A stretch of DNA of 64,000 nt from Salinispira sp. (GTDB taxonomy: Bacteria; Spirochaetota; Spirochaetia; DSM-27196; Salinispiraceae). Both the position numbers and the translations under genes were made by a program. Shown here in pieces: positions 9,798-21,012 of the stretch. The stretch is taken from assembly GCA_965226555.1 (NCBI GenBank), contig CBDDDG010000012.1, forward strand, positions 126,388-190,387, in the 5' to 3' direction. The notes beneath the pieces were generated by a model, which was not told the DNA's origin, did not search any database, and saw nothing but the letters and a program-made list of their open reading frames with translations. Within the stretch, counting starts at the first letter, position 1, and every line of letters begins with the position of its first letter.

Positions 9798-12728
9798 TTA
9801 GGCAAAAGCTTTTTCAATGAATGTCTTCAGTTCTTCGGTATGCTGTTTATGACTGCCTGTTGCGGGGCTGGATGATGCTGCGCGTCCGAGGTAGGTGAGC
9901 GTACTCTTCGGGGGCATAAAACGTTTTTCACGGTATTTGACGAAGAGCCATGCTCCCCTATTTTCTGTTTCTTCCTGAACCCAATAAAATGTTTCAGCCT
10001 TCGTGTAGCGTGAAAGGATGTTTTTCAGTTCATCCGCAGGAAAAGGATATGCCTGTTCAAGACGTACAATTGCAATATCTTTACGGTCGTGCCGCGCAAC
10101 AATAAGGTCATAATAGATTTTTCCGCTGCATATGAGAACCCGCCCGATCTTGTCGGGGGTGAGAGTATCATCAATAACTGTCTGGAAACTACCCTGAGAA
10201 AGTTCATTAACAGAACTCACACATTTTTTATGACGGAGCAGGCTTTTCGGACTCATGATGATAAGCGGTTTTCGGTATTCCTGTTTCATCTGCCTGCGGA
10301 GCACATGAAAATACTGAGCGGGTGTTGTTGCGTTTACAACCTGAATGTTATCGTCGGCACAGAGGCTCAGGAAGCGTTCATAAAAGGCGCTTGAGTGTTC
10401 CGGTCCCTGCCCCTCGTAGCCGTGAGGAAGGAGCATGGTTAATCCGGATGAACGGAACCATTTCGTTTCTGCGGAAACAATAAATTGATCAATTATTACC
10501 TGTGCCCCATTTACAAAATCTCCAAATTGACCTTCCCAGATAGTCAGGTTGTCGGGAGTTGCCAGACTATATCCGTAATCGAAGCCGAGCACCGAGAATT
10601 CACTCAGGGGGCTATCGTACACAGAAAACCATGCCTGCTTCGGCGAAAGAGACCGCAGCGGCACCCATGGTTTGGGTACCGGGCTTTCAACATCCCACCA
10701 CACAACATGGCGCTGCGAAAAGGTTCCGCGCCCGCAGTCCTCTCCGCTGAGCCGAATGGCGCTCCCTTCCATGAGCAGGCTCCCGAAGGCCAGGCTTTCG
10801 GCAAAGCCCCAATCGATAGCATCGTCTGTAAAAAATTGCTTTTCACGGCCCTTGGTAAAGCGGAGAAGTTTTGAATGTACATGAAATTGTTCGGGAATGG
10901 TAACAAGTTTCTGAGCAATGTGAGTAAGCTGTTCCCTGTTTATACGTGTATCAGTGTGATCAAAAACATATTTCCGTGTAAATTTTTTCCAGACAGTACT
11001 CTGATATGCGTCGTCAATTTTCGGTTCATATCCTTTACGGGCTTCACTGAGATGCTTCCTGAGCTCTTCAATATAGGATTTTTTGAATGCTGTCTGTTCT
11101 TCAAGAGACCAAATCCCATCATCAATAAGACGCTGTTCATACAGTTTGCGGGCACTTTGATGGTTCTTAATGATTTTGTACATCTTCGGATGACTAAAGC
11201 TCGGTTCATCGGCTTCATTATGTCCAAGTCTCCGATAACAGATAATATCGACAATAACATCGTGTCCGAATTTCTGTCGGAATTCAAAAGCCAGATGTAT
11301 GGCAAGATTGACCGCTTCAGGATCATCTCCATTAACATGAAAAATTGGCACGGAAATAGACTTGGCAATGTCAGTGGCGAAGAAGGTTGAACGGCTGTCA
11401 TGGCTGGCAGTGGTGAATCCAATTTGGTTGTTCACAATGATGTGAATTGTTCCGCCAGTTCGGTATCCCCGTAATTGAGAAAGATTAAGGGTTTCAGCAA
11501 CAATTCCCTGACCCGAGAAAGCCGAGTCGCCATGAATGAGTACCGGGATCACTTTCTTCCGGTGACGGTCATGCCGCCGCCGCTGTACGCCTCGTGCTTT
11601 TCCTTCAACAACCGGGTTGACCGCTTCAAGATGGCTCGGATTTGCTACAAGACCGATGTGCAGAACATTCTCAGTATTTTCAGACTGATAATCGGTGGAA
11701 AACCCAAGATGATATTTAACATCTCCGCTTCCTCCGTAGGTGTGGGGAGCATAGTTATCGACAAAACGGGCAAAAAGATCTACCGCAGGCCTGTTCATGG
11801 AGTTAGCGAAAACATTGAGCCGCCCCCGATGCGCCATACCGAGTACTGTTTCCAAAACACCATTGTCGACCATAAGATTAAATAGATAATGAAGCGCGGG
11901 GATAAGAGCTTCTCCCCCTTCAAGGGAAAAGCGTTTTTGTCCAATGAAATTTGAGTGAATAAAATGTTCAAACTCTTCAGCTTTAATGAGATCTTTTTGA
12001 AAGGAAATTTTTTCTTCCCTTCTCCACTTCTTATGTGATTTCTTTCCTTCAAGATGGTTTATGAGCCAATTACGAACTGCCTTATTCTGAATATGGAGAA
12101 TTTCGGTGCCAAGTGTACCGCAATATGTTTCCTGCATTCTCTTCATTATTTCCCGAAGAGGCAGTGTTTCTTCAGGTATGAAGCGCCCGGTAAGAAATAC
12201 CGTATCCAGATCCGATTCCGAAAGTCCGAATTCTTCCGGGGTGAGCTTTTCATAGTTTCCCTCAACAGAAAACATCATGTACCAGAGCTCGGGGGTAATG
12301 TAGCCATCCAAAGGATTGAGATTAGCGTAAAGGTATCCAACATCACGGAATGCCCAGATCATCGCGTTTACCCGCGACTGCTTATAGGCATGACTGGTTT
12401 TATCAATGTGTGATTGGTCGTTTTCTGCTGAATTGGAGAGTCGGCGGGGAGCGGTCTCACGATCATTGAGATCGGCAATTTTCGCTGTCTCAAGCCGATG
12501 TGCGGCAACCTTGGCAGCAGTGCCGACAGGAGGGGCAGTGCCGACCGCCTTAGCGGCAACACCGACAGCACTGTGAGCGCCGTTCAGCGCCGCATCAAGT
12601 GTACTGTTGCGAATGTTCTGAAAGTACCGATTCCACGAGGAATCGACAGATTCAGGGTTTTTCAGCCATTCCTGATAGAGCTCATCAACAAATTCTGCAT
12701 CGCTAAAATGGAGATAGTTTCCAATCAT
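9798..12728 (-). CDS. sucA: 2-oxoglutarate dehydrogenase E1 component
   Basis: KRFSLEGGE, GMAHRGRLN, GDVKYHLG, HGDSAFSGQG, LLPHGYEGQGPEHSS. Confidence 0.96.
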   Translation of the reverse strand: MIGNYLHFSDAEFVDELYQEWLKNPESVDSSWNRYFQNIRNSTLDAALNGAHSAVGVAAKAVGTAPPVGTAAKVAAHRLETAKIADLNDRETAPRRLSNSAENDQSHIDKTSHAYKQSRVNAMIWAFRDVGYLYANLNPLDGYITPELWYMMFSVEGNYEKLTPEEFGLSESDLDTVFLTGRFIPEETLPLREIMKRMQETYCGTLGTEILHIQNKAVRNWLINHLEGKKSHKKWRREEKISFQKDLIKAEEFEHFIHSNFIGQKRFSLEGGEALIPALHYLFNLMVDNGVLETVLGMAHRGRLNVFANSMNRPAVDLFARFVDNYAPHTYGGSGDVKYHLGFSTDYQSENTENVLHIGLVANPSHLEAVNPVVEGKARGVQRRRHDRHRKKVIPVLIHGDSAFSGQGIVAETLNLSQLRGYRTGGTIHIIVNNQIGFTTASHDSRSTFFATDIAKSISVPIFHVNGDDPEAVNLAIHLAFEFRQKFGHDVIVDIICYRRLGHNEADEPSFSHPKMYKIIKNHQSARKLYEQRLIDDGIWSLEEQTAFKKSYIEELRKHLSEARKGYEPKIDDAYQSTVWKKFTRKYVFDHTDTRINREQLTHIAQKLVTIPEQFHVHSKLLRFTKGREKQFFTDDAIDWGFAESLAFGSLLMEGSAIRLSGEDCGRGTFSQRHVVWWDVESPVPKPWVPLRSLSPKQAWFSVYDSPLSEFSVLGFDYGYSLATPDNLTIWEGQFGDFVNGAQVIIDQFIVSAETKWFRSSGLTMLLPHGYEGQGPEHSSAFYERFLSLCADDNIQVVNATTPAQYFHVLRRQMKQEYRKPLIIMSPKSLLRHKKCVSSVNELSQGSFQTVIDDTLTPDKIGRVLICSGKIYYDLIVARHDRKDIAIVRLEQAYPFPADELKNILSRYTKAETFYWVQEETENRGAWLFVKYREKRFMPPKSTLTYLGRAASSSPATGSHKQHTEELKTFIEKAFA

Positions 12729-12744
12729 AAGAGGTCTTTCTGGC

Positions 12745-13859
12745 TCATTGCCCTGCGGGTGCCGCAGATCCGTTTAATTCACGTCCCATGAGTTCACGCA
12801 CCCGTTCCGGTGAAAGTTCCGTAGCGGCAACCACATCGGACTCCTCTATTCCAAGCCGGATCATATTACGAGCCGTTTCTCGAATACCTTCCTGCCGACC
12901 CTTTGTGATACCCTGCTCAAGACCTTCAACCCTGCCTTTCAGAATACCTTTCTCCATTCCCTGCTCAAGACCCTCAATCCGGCCCTTCGCAATGCCTTCC
13001 CTCACGAAGGCGTTGGTTATGTTATATGTCCGCATACTGTTTTCTCCTTCAGGATATAATTTCCTGTTAATTTTCTCAAACTGCTCATACAGTCCCAGTT
13101 CCTTCATATATCCTAGCACACTCTCTGCTAGATCAGTAAAGTCTTGTGAAGACAGACCGTTCAGGAGCTGCGCAATCTCTTTCAGCCCCTCATCGTTCAT
13201 TTCATTATCTCGCATTATATACCACAATGCAGTCGATGTATATCGTTTTCCATCGAAACGCCATGCCAACTGCTCCTTTTTCATTCTCCCAAGATCACAC
13301 AAAAGGTACGACACTCTCGCCCTGACATCCACCGTGCCTTCGGTAAGGGATTCGGAAGCAGCATTTCCATGCGAACTGTAAAATGAGCGCGGGAGGTTCC
13401 ATTCCTTTTTTCCATGGTAGAGCAGCAGTATATAGATAGCATCATTTTCATTGTACACATTGCTGTTTCTGAGGGCATACTGATAGTTATCGATTTGAGT
13501 GAGAGCATGTTTGTGCAGGTAGCTTTTATGTTCAATAATGAACAGGGCCTTCCGGTCGGGTTCTGACAGGAAGGGGGCGCTGACAACGAGATCGCAGAGA
13601 AGGTTTTTTTTCCTGCAATGTAGCTGGGGGTTTCAATGCGGATTTTGCCCAAGTCCAGCTTTGCAAGTGTTGTAGCCGTACAGAACAGGCGCAGCAGGTC
13701 GAGAATCAGCCGGGGGGTTCTGTAGTAGGCGATCTTGAAGGCTATGTCGTGGATGTGGCCTGTGCTGTGGGATGATTCTGACTCAGTGTTCCCTGATGTT
13801 TTTCGGGACTTTTTCCGGGACTGTATTCTTTGGTGCCGGGGATGGGGAGATTTTTTCAT
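12745..13859 (-). pseudogene. Rpn family nuclease, frameshifted at an A8 run
   Basis: Paralog of 1427-2498; has A8 (13604-13611 on the minus strand) where the paralog has the 9-nt AAAAAAGAA. C-terminal part is open. Confidence 0.85.
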
Positions 13860-14096
13860 ATTCTTCCTCCTATATCTGTGACGGGTAAACCGTCATTTTT
13901 AACTGTATGTTTTGAAAGAATTTGTGATTTTTTTTCAAGGAATGAGGAATGGTGTAAGTGGGCAGGAAGGTGGCGCACTTATGGTTGAATTCGCCGAGCG
14001 GTGCAACCGCAAGGTTTATTTCCCACCAGAATACCCATTGTACATGCTTGGCAAAACATGGTACCATACGCACAATTATCTTTTTAGGAAAATACA

Positions 14097-14954
14097 ATGT
14101 CGAAAATTACCCCGTACATTTCAGCGCTATTACTGACAATGGTCGTAATAAGCTCATGCATGACAACGGCAAGCAATTCCACGGCTGAGCAGGAATGGAC
14201 TGCCAATGAAGATCACATACGTGCATCTTCTGAAGAAGTACCGGATGTGTTATCCGAACAAGAATGGGCAGAACCAGAATATTGGGCAGATCTGTCGTAT
14301 GAGGATGTGCAGAATGCCCTGAACGCGGGAACTATAGATGTTCATGCGCGGGATAACGATGGATGGACTCCCCTGATGTTTGCTGCCAGATATACCGAAA
14401 ATCCTGAAATTATCACCGCTCTCACCAATGCCGGGGCTGATGTGAATGCGCGGGATAACGACGGAGTGACTCCCCTGATGTTTGCTACCGGTCTTAACCA
14501 AACTCCCGAAGTCATTACCGCCCTCATTATTGCCGGGGCTGATGTTAATGCACGGGATGAGGACGGATGGACTCCCCTGATGTTTGCCGCCAGTAATCAC
14601 CAAAATCCTGAAGTCATTACCGCCCTCATCAATGCCGGGGCTGATATTCATGCGCGGGATGGATACGGAAGTACTCCCCTGATGCTTGCTGCCAATAATA
14701 ACAAAAATCCCGAAGTCATTACCGCCCTCATCAATGCCGGCGCTGATGTTAACGTGCGGGTAGCCGGAGTGACTCCTCTGATGTTGGCTGCCTTTACTAA
14801 CGAAAACCCCGATGTCATTACCGCCCTGCTGAACGCTGGCGCTAATGCTACCCTGCAGGCAGAAGACGGAAACACCGCATGGGACCTCATACAGGAAAAC
14901 GAAGCCTTACACGGAACTGACGCCTACTGGGAACTTAACGCGCGGCGGTTCTAA
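14097..14954 (+). CDS. Ankyrin-repeat lipoprotein
   Basis: Signal ending VISSC; about five G.TPLM.AA...NPEVITALI.AGADVNARD repeats. Confidence 0.9.
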   Translation: MSKITPYISALLLTMVVISSCMTTASNSTAEQEWTANEDHIRASSEEVPDVLSEQEWAEPEYWADLSYEDVQNALNAGTIDVHARDNDGWTPLMFAARYTENPEIITALTNAGADVNARDNDGVTPLMFATGLNQTPEVITALIIAGADVNARDEDGWTPLMFAASNHQNPEVITALINAGADIHARDGYGSTPLMLAANNNKNPEVITALINAGADVNVRVAGVTPLMLAAFTNENPDVITALLNAGANATLQAEDGNTAWDLIQENEALHGTDAYWELNARRF

Positions 14955-15077
14955 AAAAACGGGGCTATAGATGCCCTGAGCACTTACCCCATTCCCGAAA
15001 AAATAGAAATTTTTACATTTTTCAAACTTTTTTCGCAAAAACTCAATCACCACGAACATTTCCTCCGTTATCAGTAT

Positions 15078-16274
15078 ATGAAGAAAAAGAAACGGAATCA
15101 GGCGGCTCATCAAAAGCCGCGAAAACAATGGGATGAAACTCACAAATTCTTGTTTGCCGATGCGGAATCCATATATCAACTGCTGCAATTTGTCGATGAT
15201 GACTGGATCACCTCTATTCGCCCTGAGAACATTACGATTGTGAGCAATGAATTCATCGCTCGGGAGCTCGGAGGCAAGAAGCTGACGAAGCTCATGCGCA
15301 AAATATCGGATATTGTTGCGAAAATTTCCTTCCGATACGGGAATGAGAATGAAGAGAAAACCATCTATATCATTCTGGAACATCAATCGACTGTCGATTA
15401 TTCCATGCGCAGGCGCCTATTCGTATACACCGATATGCTCGAACAGCATATTCGGAATTCGAAAACGTACCAACATCATTGGGTGTATCCCCTTGTTCTG
15501 TACACGGGAATACGGAAATGGCCGCAGAACGCGACGGAAGAAACGCGGGCTGGGATTCCCCCGAGCGCATATCGCCAAATCTTCGAATATCCTGTTATTG
15601 ATGTGCATAGGCTCCCACATGAGAAGCTCCTCAGGTACACCGGTCGTGTGGCTGCCTATTTTTACCTTGCGCGCTACAACAAAGATTTGAATAATGAGGA
15701 TAATTGCGCGGAATTCACGAAGCATCTTTTGAACATTCTCCAGCATGACACTGGCGAAAAGGTGAAGGAATCCTTGCTCATTATGAGCGATGTGCTCTAT
15801 AATACACACATCTCAGAGACGAACGTTAACGATTACACTATGAAGGAGGTAATTGATATGATTACAAAAGAAGGGATAGAAATACTGTTCCCGTGGCAAC
15901 TGAGAATTTACAAAGAGGTCAAAGCCCAGGTCAAGCGAGAAACTCAGGAAGAAACGAAGGAAATGCAGCGGGAAGTCCGTCAGGAAGGTCGTCAGGAAGG
16001 TCGTCAGGAAGGTCGGCAGGAAGGTCGGCAGGAAGGTCGGCAGGAAGGTCGGCAGGAAGGTCGGCAGGAAGGTCGGCAGGAAGGTCGGCAGGAAGGTCGG
16101 CAGGAAGGTCGGCAGGAAGGTCGCTCTGAGGGACATATTGAGGAGCGGAGAAAAAATGTCCGCGGTATGCTTTCTGAAGGATTGTCGGCTGAGGTCATTC
16201 AGAGAATTACTGGGCTGAGCGAGGATGAAATTCGGACATTGCGGAATGGGTCGGGGAAGAACGGATCGCTCTAA
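15078..16274 (+). CDS. Rpn family nuclease with (RQEG)12 repeat
   Basis: SDIV, YIILEHQS..D..M..R, PLVLYTG..KW motifs; C-terminal GLS.E.I...TGLS tail. Confidence 0.88.
   Translation: MKKKKRNQAAHQKPRKQWDETHKFLFADAESIYQLLQFVDDDWITSIRPENITIVSNEFIARELGGKKLTKLMRKISDIVAKISFRYGNENEEKTIYIILEHQSTVDYSMRRRLFVYTDMLEQHIRNSKTYQHHWVYPLVLYTGIRKWPQNATEETRAGIPPSAYRQIFEYPVIDVHRLPHEKLLRYTGRVAAYFYLARYNKDLNNEDNCAEFTKHLLNILQHDTGEKVKESLLIMSDVLYNTHISETNVNDYTMKEVIDMITKEGIEILFPWQLRIYKEVKAQVKRETQEETKEMQREVRQEGRQEGRQEGRQEGRQEGRQEGRQEGRQEGRQEGRQEGRQEGRQEGRSEGHIEERRKNVRGMLSEGLSAEVIQRITGLSEDEIRTLRNGSGKNGSL
15978..16121 (+). repeat. 12-bp tandem repeat CG(T/G)CAGGAAGGT x12
   Basis: 144 bp of head-to-tail units encoding RQEG. 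Confidence 0.95.
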
Positions 16275-16350
16275 AATAATAGAATTTTTTGCCTTGCTGG
16301 ATTAAACCTTTTCCTTGAATTAATTCCCGTTCTTGTTCATACTCATTGCT

Positions 16351-19329
16351 GTGAAACATCCGCTTTATCTTATTGATGGATACGCGCTTATCTTTCGTGC
16401 CTACTTTGCTCTGATCAGAAGTCCGCTTGTTAATGCGGAGGGCTTTAATGTTTCGGCTGTTCACGGCTTTGCCCGCATACTGCTGAAAATTATCAAGGAC
16501 TATGAGCCGAAATATCTGGCAGTCAGCCTCGATAGCCGCACGCCAACCTTCCGCGATGAGCTCTATTCTGAATATAAACAGACGAGAGATAAAACGCCCG
16601 AAGATCTCCGCAAACAATTTCCTGTTATTGAACAGTTGCTGCAGGTGCTGCATCTTCCGACAATTCGGCACAACGGGGTTGAGGCAGATGACATTATCGC
16701 GAGCCTCGCATGCCGCTGTAATGCCGAAAGCAGGGATTGTTTCATTATTTCGGGCGACAAGGATCTTTTTCAACTCGTAAATGACAGAATTTCCATTCTC
16801 AGGCCCTCGCGGCATGGCGGATTTGATCAGTTAGATGCTCAGGGAGTTTTCGAGGATAAGGGTGTGCGTCCCGATCAGATTCTCGATTATCTTTCACTCA
16901 TTGGAGACAGCGCCGATAACATTCCGGGCGTTAAGGGTATTGGGCAGAAATCGGCTGAGAAGCTCCTCGCTGAATTTGAAACCTTGGAGGGTATTTACGA
17001 ACATATCGATACTATTCCAAGCGCAAGTTGGCGCAAAAAACTTGAGGATGGCAAGGATCTTGCCGAGCTGAGCAAAACTCTGATCACTCTCAAAGACGAT
17101 GTTGCGCTCAATTTTGCCATTGAAGATTTAAACCTTGAAAGCCTTAACGGCGCGCGGGCTGCCGATTTTCTCGAAACATATCATATGAAGACCCTTGCTG
17201 CCGATCTGCGGAAAATTCAGGGAAGTACTCCCGGAAAAGCATTCCCCTTTTACGGTATGGATGACATTGATGTTCCAGAGGTTGACCCCGGCGGCGCAGG
17301 TCTTGCCGCCCCCCTTTCTCCCCCCGACCCCGACCCCCCCGGCGCCCCCGCCCGCGGCGGCGAATTATCTGACCAGACAGACAGCAGCGCTGCCCTTCTT
17401 TCCGAACTCACTAATGTACAACAAGACTACGAACTGGTAAAAACGGCAGATGAACTGCGGAAATGGATGGCTCTCTGCCGCGATGCGGCGGTCTACGCCT
17501 TCGATACCGAAACCGATAGCCTTGACCCGCTGCAGGCAAAGCTTGTCGGATTCAGCCTGTCCCATGCCCCCGGGCGCGGCTGTTATGTACCCTTCCACAG
17601 CCCTGAAAATCCCTCTGAAAATAGTCCGGCACCTGAAAATCCCTCTGAAAATCTCTCTGAAAATTCCCCCGAAAATTCCGGAGAACATCTCGGAGAAGAT
17701 GAGGGGCTTTCCCTCATAGCCGAGCTTCTTGAAGATGAAACTGTCAAACTTGTGGGGCAGAACATCAAATTCGACTATGAAATTATGGCGCGGCGCGGCA
17801 TCTTCATGGCAAAGCCCTGGTTTGACACACTCATTGCCGGATGGCTCTTGAATACCACGCAGAATGCGTACAGCATGGATGCCCTTGCTGACAAATATCT
17901 CTCCTACCAACCGCAGAAACTCATACCGCTCTACGAAGAAATAATTGGCAGAAAAATCAGCAAAGCCTCCGGCGAAACCATCGACTTTAGCCGCATCCCC
18001 CTCAGCAAAGCACTTTTCTATGCTGCCGAAGACGCCGACATTACCCTCCGTTTGTATCGAATCTTTGAAAAAAAACTCGGCGAAATGTCGATAAGCTCCG
18101 AAAAAACACTTCTCAATATGTTTTTTGAACTGGAAATGCCGCTCATACCCATTCTGGCTGCTATGGAATTAAAGGGCATATGTTTGAATGCGCTGGCCAT
18201 GGAGGAATATAGCCGTGAACTTGCGCAGAAATTGCTCGGCATAGAAAAGGACATATACGAACTTTGCGGCCATGAATTTAACATTGCCAGTACAAAACAG
18301 CTGCAGGTAGTGCTTTTTGAGGAACGGAAACTGAAGACCGGAAAAAAGACAAAAACCGGTTACTCCACCGATACCTCGGTTCTTGAGGAACTTGCCGCAG
18401 AAGATCCGGTGCCCGCCCTCGTACTCAGGCATCGGGGGCTTTCCAAACTAAAATCGACCTATGTCGACACCCTGCCGACCCTGATCAATCCGCGCACCGG
18501 GAGAATTCACAGCCGTTTTCAACAGAACGGTACCGCGACAGGGCGAATATCAAGCCACGATCCGAACCTTCAGAATATACCAATTCGGGATGAAGAAGGC
18601 AGGCGTATTCGAACAGCCTTTGTTCCCGCGGAGGGCTGCCGATTCATATCGGCCGATTACTCGCAAATTGAGCTGGTCGTGCTTGCGCATCTCAGTTCCG
18701 ACAGGGAGCTCATAGATGCCTTTCAGAAGGGTATTGATGTGCACGCGCTTACCGGCAGCCTCATTTTTCAGGTTCCTCCATCTGAGGTAGATGCTCTTCA
18801 GCGCCGTATTGCCAAGACAATTAACTTTGGCGTTATGTATGGAATGAGCGCTTTCAGGCTTGCCCGGGAAATAGGAATTAGCAGGAATGAGGCTCAGCAA
18901 TTTATTGATGCATACTTTGAAACATACAGCGGGATACGCGGTTTTGTTGAACGAAGCATAAAGAAGGCGGAAACGTACGGCTATGTGGAAACAATGCTTG
19001 GCCGTCGGCGCTTTATACCTGCCATTCACAGTTCTAACCGGCATGAAAAAATGGGGGGTGAGAGAATAGCGGTAAATACTCCCATTCAGGGATCGGCAGC
19101 GGATATTGTAAAACGGGCTATGATCCGCGTGGATGCAGCGCTCCGAGCAGGCAATTTCACGGCAAGCCTGCTCCTGCAGGTGCATGATGAATTGATTTTT
19201 GAAGTTCCCGAAAGCGAGGTGGAAGATGTTAAAGCCCTTCTTGCCGACATTATGCCGAGCGCTCTGCTGCTTGACGTTCCGCTGAGGGTGAACATTGAAA
19301 CAGGAAATAGCTGGGGAGATATGCACTGA
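16351..19329 (+). CDS. polA: DNA polymerase I
   Basis: LIDG..L.FRAY 5' nuclease, FDTET exonuclease, TGRISS.DPNLQNIP, DYSQIEL, AKTINFG..YG, QVHDEL. Start approximate. Confidence 0.97.
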   Translation: MKHPLYLIDGYALIFRAYFALIRSPLVNAEGFNVSAVHGFARILLKIIKDYEPKYLAVSLDSRTPTFRDELYSEYKQTRDKTPEDLRKQFPVIEQLLQVLHLPTIRHNGVEADDIIASLACRCNAESRDCFIISGDKDLFQLVNDRISILRPSRHGGFDQLDAQGVFEDKGVRPDQILDYLSLIGDSADNIPGVKGIGQKSAEKLLAEFETLEGIYEHIDTIPSASWRKKLEDGKDLAELSKTLITLKDDVALNFAIEDLNLESLNGARAADFLETYHMKTLAADLRKIQGSTPGKAFPFYGMDDIDVPEVDPGGAGLAAPLSPPDPDPPGAPARGGELSDQTDSSAALLSELTNVQQDYELVKTADELRKWMALCRDAAVYAFDTETDSLDPLQAKLVGFSLSHAPGRGCYVPFHSPENPSENSPAPENPSENLSENSPENSGEHLGEDEGLSLIAELLEDETVKLVGQNIKFDYEIMARRGIFMAKPWFDTLIAGWLLNTTQNAYSMDALADKYLSYQPQKLIPLYEEIIGRKISKASGETIDFSRIPLSKALFYAAEDADITLRLYRIFEKKLGEMSISSEKTLLNMFFELEMPLIPILAAMELKGICLNALAMEEYSRELAQKLLGIEKDIYELCGHEFNIASTKQLQVVLFEERKLKTGKKTKTGYSTDTSVLEELAAEDPVPALVLRHRGLSKLKSTYVDTLPTLINPRTGRIHSRFQQNGTATGRISSHDPNLQNIPIRDEEGRRIRTAFVPAEGCRFISADYSQIELVVLAHLSSDRELIDAFQKGIDVHALTGSLIFQVPPSEVDALQRRIAKTINFGVMYGMSAFRLAREIGISRNEAQQFIDAYFETYSGIRGFVERSIKKAETYGYVETMLGRRRFIPAIHSSNRHEKMGGERIAVNTPIQGSAADIVKRAMIRVDAALRAGNFTASLLLQVHDELIFEVPESEVEDVKALLADIMPSALLLDVPLRVNIETGNSWGDMH

Positions 19330-19330
19330 T

Positions 19331-20089
19331 ATGAGCTATCGCCGCCGCGGTGATGCCCTGCCGGTAATCGATTCTGCCGCTCTGCCGGTATCGGCCGGAG
19401 ACGACAGAACCGCCGCTCTGCCGGTAGTCGGTATAACAGGACCCTACTGTTCCGGAAAGTCGGTGTTGTCAGAACTTCTCAGGAAGCAGGGCTGGCTCCA
19501 TATTGAGGTCGATGCTATTGGTCATGCGGCTCTTGAAGCGCAGAAGAATGCGATTGTTGAAGCATTCTCATCGAGTATCATTGATCGGGAAACCGGAAAA
19601 ATTAACCGCAGGAAGTTAGGGCACATTGTCTTTTCCGATCCCTCAAAACTTTCCCGTCTGGAAGCTCTGGTGCATCCGGTCATGTTTCAGCAGGTCAGGG
19701 AAATTATTGACCAGCGCCGAAGCCTATGCAGAAACACAGGCAGAAACGAGGAAGCGCCAAACATCAATGCGCCGAAAGCCGACATCCCCCTGAAAGGTAT
19801 TCTGATAAATGCTGCCATTCTGTATAAAATGAAACTTGAAACCCTCTGCAGCCTCGTGTTCTGGGTACAGGCTCCGCGTTTCATTCGCATCTGGAGGGCA
19901 TGGCGGCGCGATGGACTCAACCGGAAACAGATACGCAGACGCTTTTCTGCTGCGGATGAATTATCATCTCAACTCTTATCTTCACATGTCGATATGTATA
20001 AAGTGGATAATATCTTTATGCGTGCTGCGCTCAGGCGCATGGAAGACATTTTGAAGGCAAAGTTATGGGTGAAAACAAAGTCTACGTAA
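19331..20089 (+). CDS. coaE: Dephospho-CoA kinase
   Basis: VGITG..CSGKS P-loop, INRRKLG.IVF, LEALVHP; directly after polA. Confidence 0.85.
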   Translation: MSYRRRGDALPVIDSAALPVSAGDDRTAALPVVGITGPYCSGKSVLSELLRKQGWLHIEVDAIGHAALEAQKNAIVEAFSSSIIDRETGKINRRKLGHIVFSDPSKLSRLEALVHPVMFQQVREIIDQRRSLCRNTGRNEEAPNINAPKADIPLKGILINAAILYKMKLETLCSLVFWVQAPRFIRIWRAWRRDGLNRKQIRRRFSAADELSSQLLSSHVDMYKVDNIFMRAALRRMEDILKAKLWVKTKST

Positions 20090-20934
20090 TAATCTTTACC
20101 ATTGTTCTGGTGGCTCTCATACTTACGGTTGCAGGGATATTGTTATTTTCTCCCCCCCGAAATGAGACATCGGAAGCGGCAGATATTTCCTTTGATCCCT
20201 ATAGCTACATTCGCAGGGAGGATAATGGATTATCGGAAGGCGCCAGCGTGACTTCGGTTCCCGATAATCCGGAAAAATTGGCTGCTCAGGAATCTCCTGC
20301 CCAGAACCCCGATGAGATTCTCGTATTCCGTCAGCAGCAAATGTACGGACAGCAGCCGCCGCAGCCGGGGCAAGCGGTTTCAGCGCAGCCGCCGAGACAG
20401 CAGCCGGGGCAAGGGGTTTCAGCGCCGCCGCAGTCGGTGCCGGTGTACGGGCAGACGGCTTCGGAATCTATTCAGGAAAATCTGATGAGAGATGATTCTG
20501 ACAGGAAATCTGAAAAATCTGATAATACAGAACGAAATATCACCGCCAAACAGAATGCCCGCTGGTCTTCAGAAAAACCGGTAATTTTTCAGACAGCTTC
20601 GTCGTCAGCTCCTGCCCGCACTTCGCCCGCCCTCATTCACTCTGTCTCCTCTGATAATTCTCCCAATAATCAGAATCCTCCAAAGACAGCACGACGCTAC
20701 TGGATACAGCTCATCGCGAGTAGTAATCGGCAGGCAATAATGGATGCGGGAGAAACACTTCGTACCATGGGTATTCGGGGAAAGGTCAGTACCCGAAAAT
20801 GGAACGATACGCTGTATTATCGCATTCGTTACGGCCCCTTCAATGTGCTTGAGGAAGCGGAAAAATTTCTCGTGTGGTTTCGGGATATTGATGCATACGC
20901 AGGGGCATATATTTCCATAGAGTACAATAATTGA
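20065..20934 (+). CDS. SPOR-domain membrane protein
   Basis: N-terminal TM helix, low-complexity linker, C-terminal YWIQ...YYRIRYGPF...EA. Confidence 0.75.
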   Translation: MGENKVYVIIFTIVLVALILTVAGILLFSPPRNETSEAADISFDPYSYIRREDNGLSEGASVTSVPDNPEKLAAQESPAQNPDEILVFRQQQMYGQQPPQPGQAVSAQPPRQQPGQGVSAPPQSVPVYGQTASESIQENLMRDDSDRKSEKSDNTERNITAKQNARWSSEKPVIFQTASSSAPARTSPALIHSVSSDNSPNNQNPPKTARRYWIQLIASSNRQAIMDAGETLRTMGIRGKVSTRKWNDTLYYRIRYGPFNVLEEAEKFLVWFRDIDAYAGAYISIEYNN

Positions 20935-21012
20935 GTTTGCGGGCATCCCCGGGGCGGTGAGTCCTGCGGGCTGCTGTGCTGTGAATCGGTGCTTTCGGTT
21001 CCGAAGATATGA

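Noticed and set aside
15978..16121. Possible CRISPR array
   Set aside because: Head-to-tail 12-bp units without spacers, in frame in an Rpn gene; no cas genes in the window.
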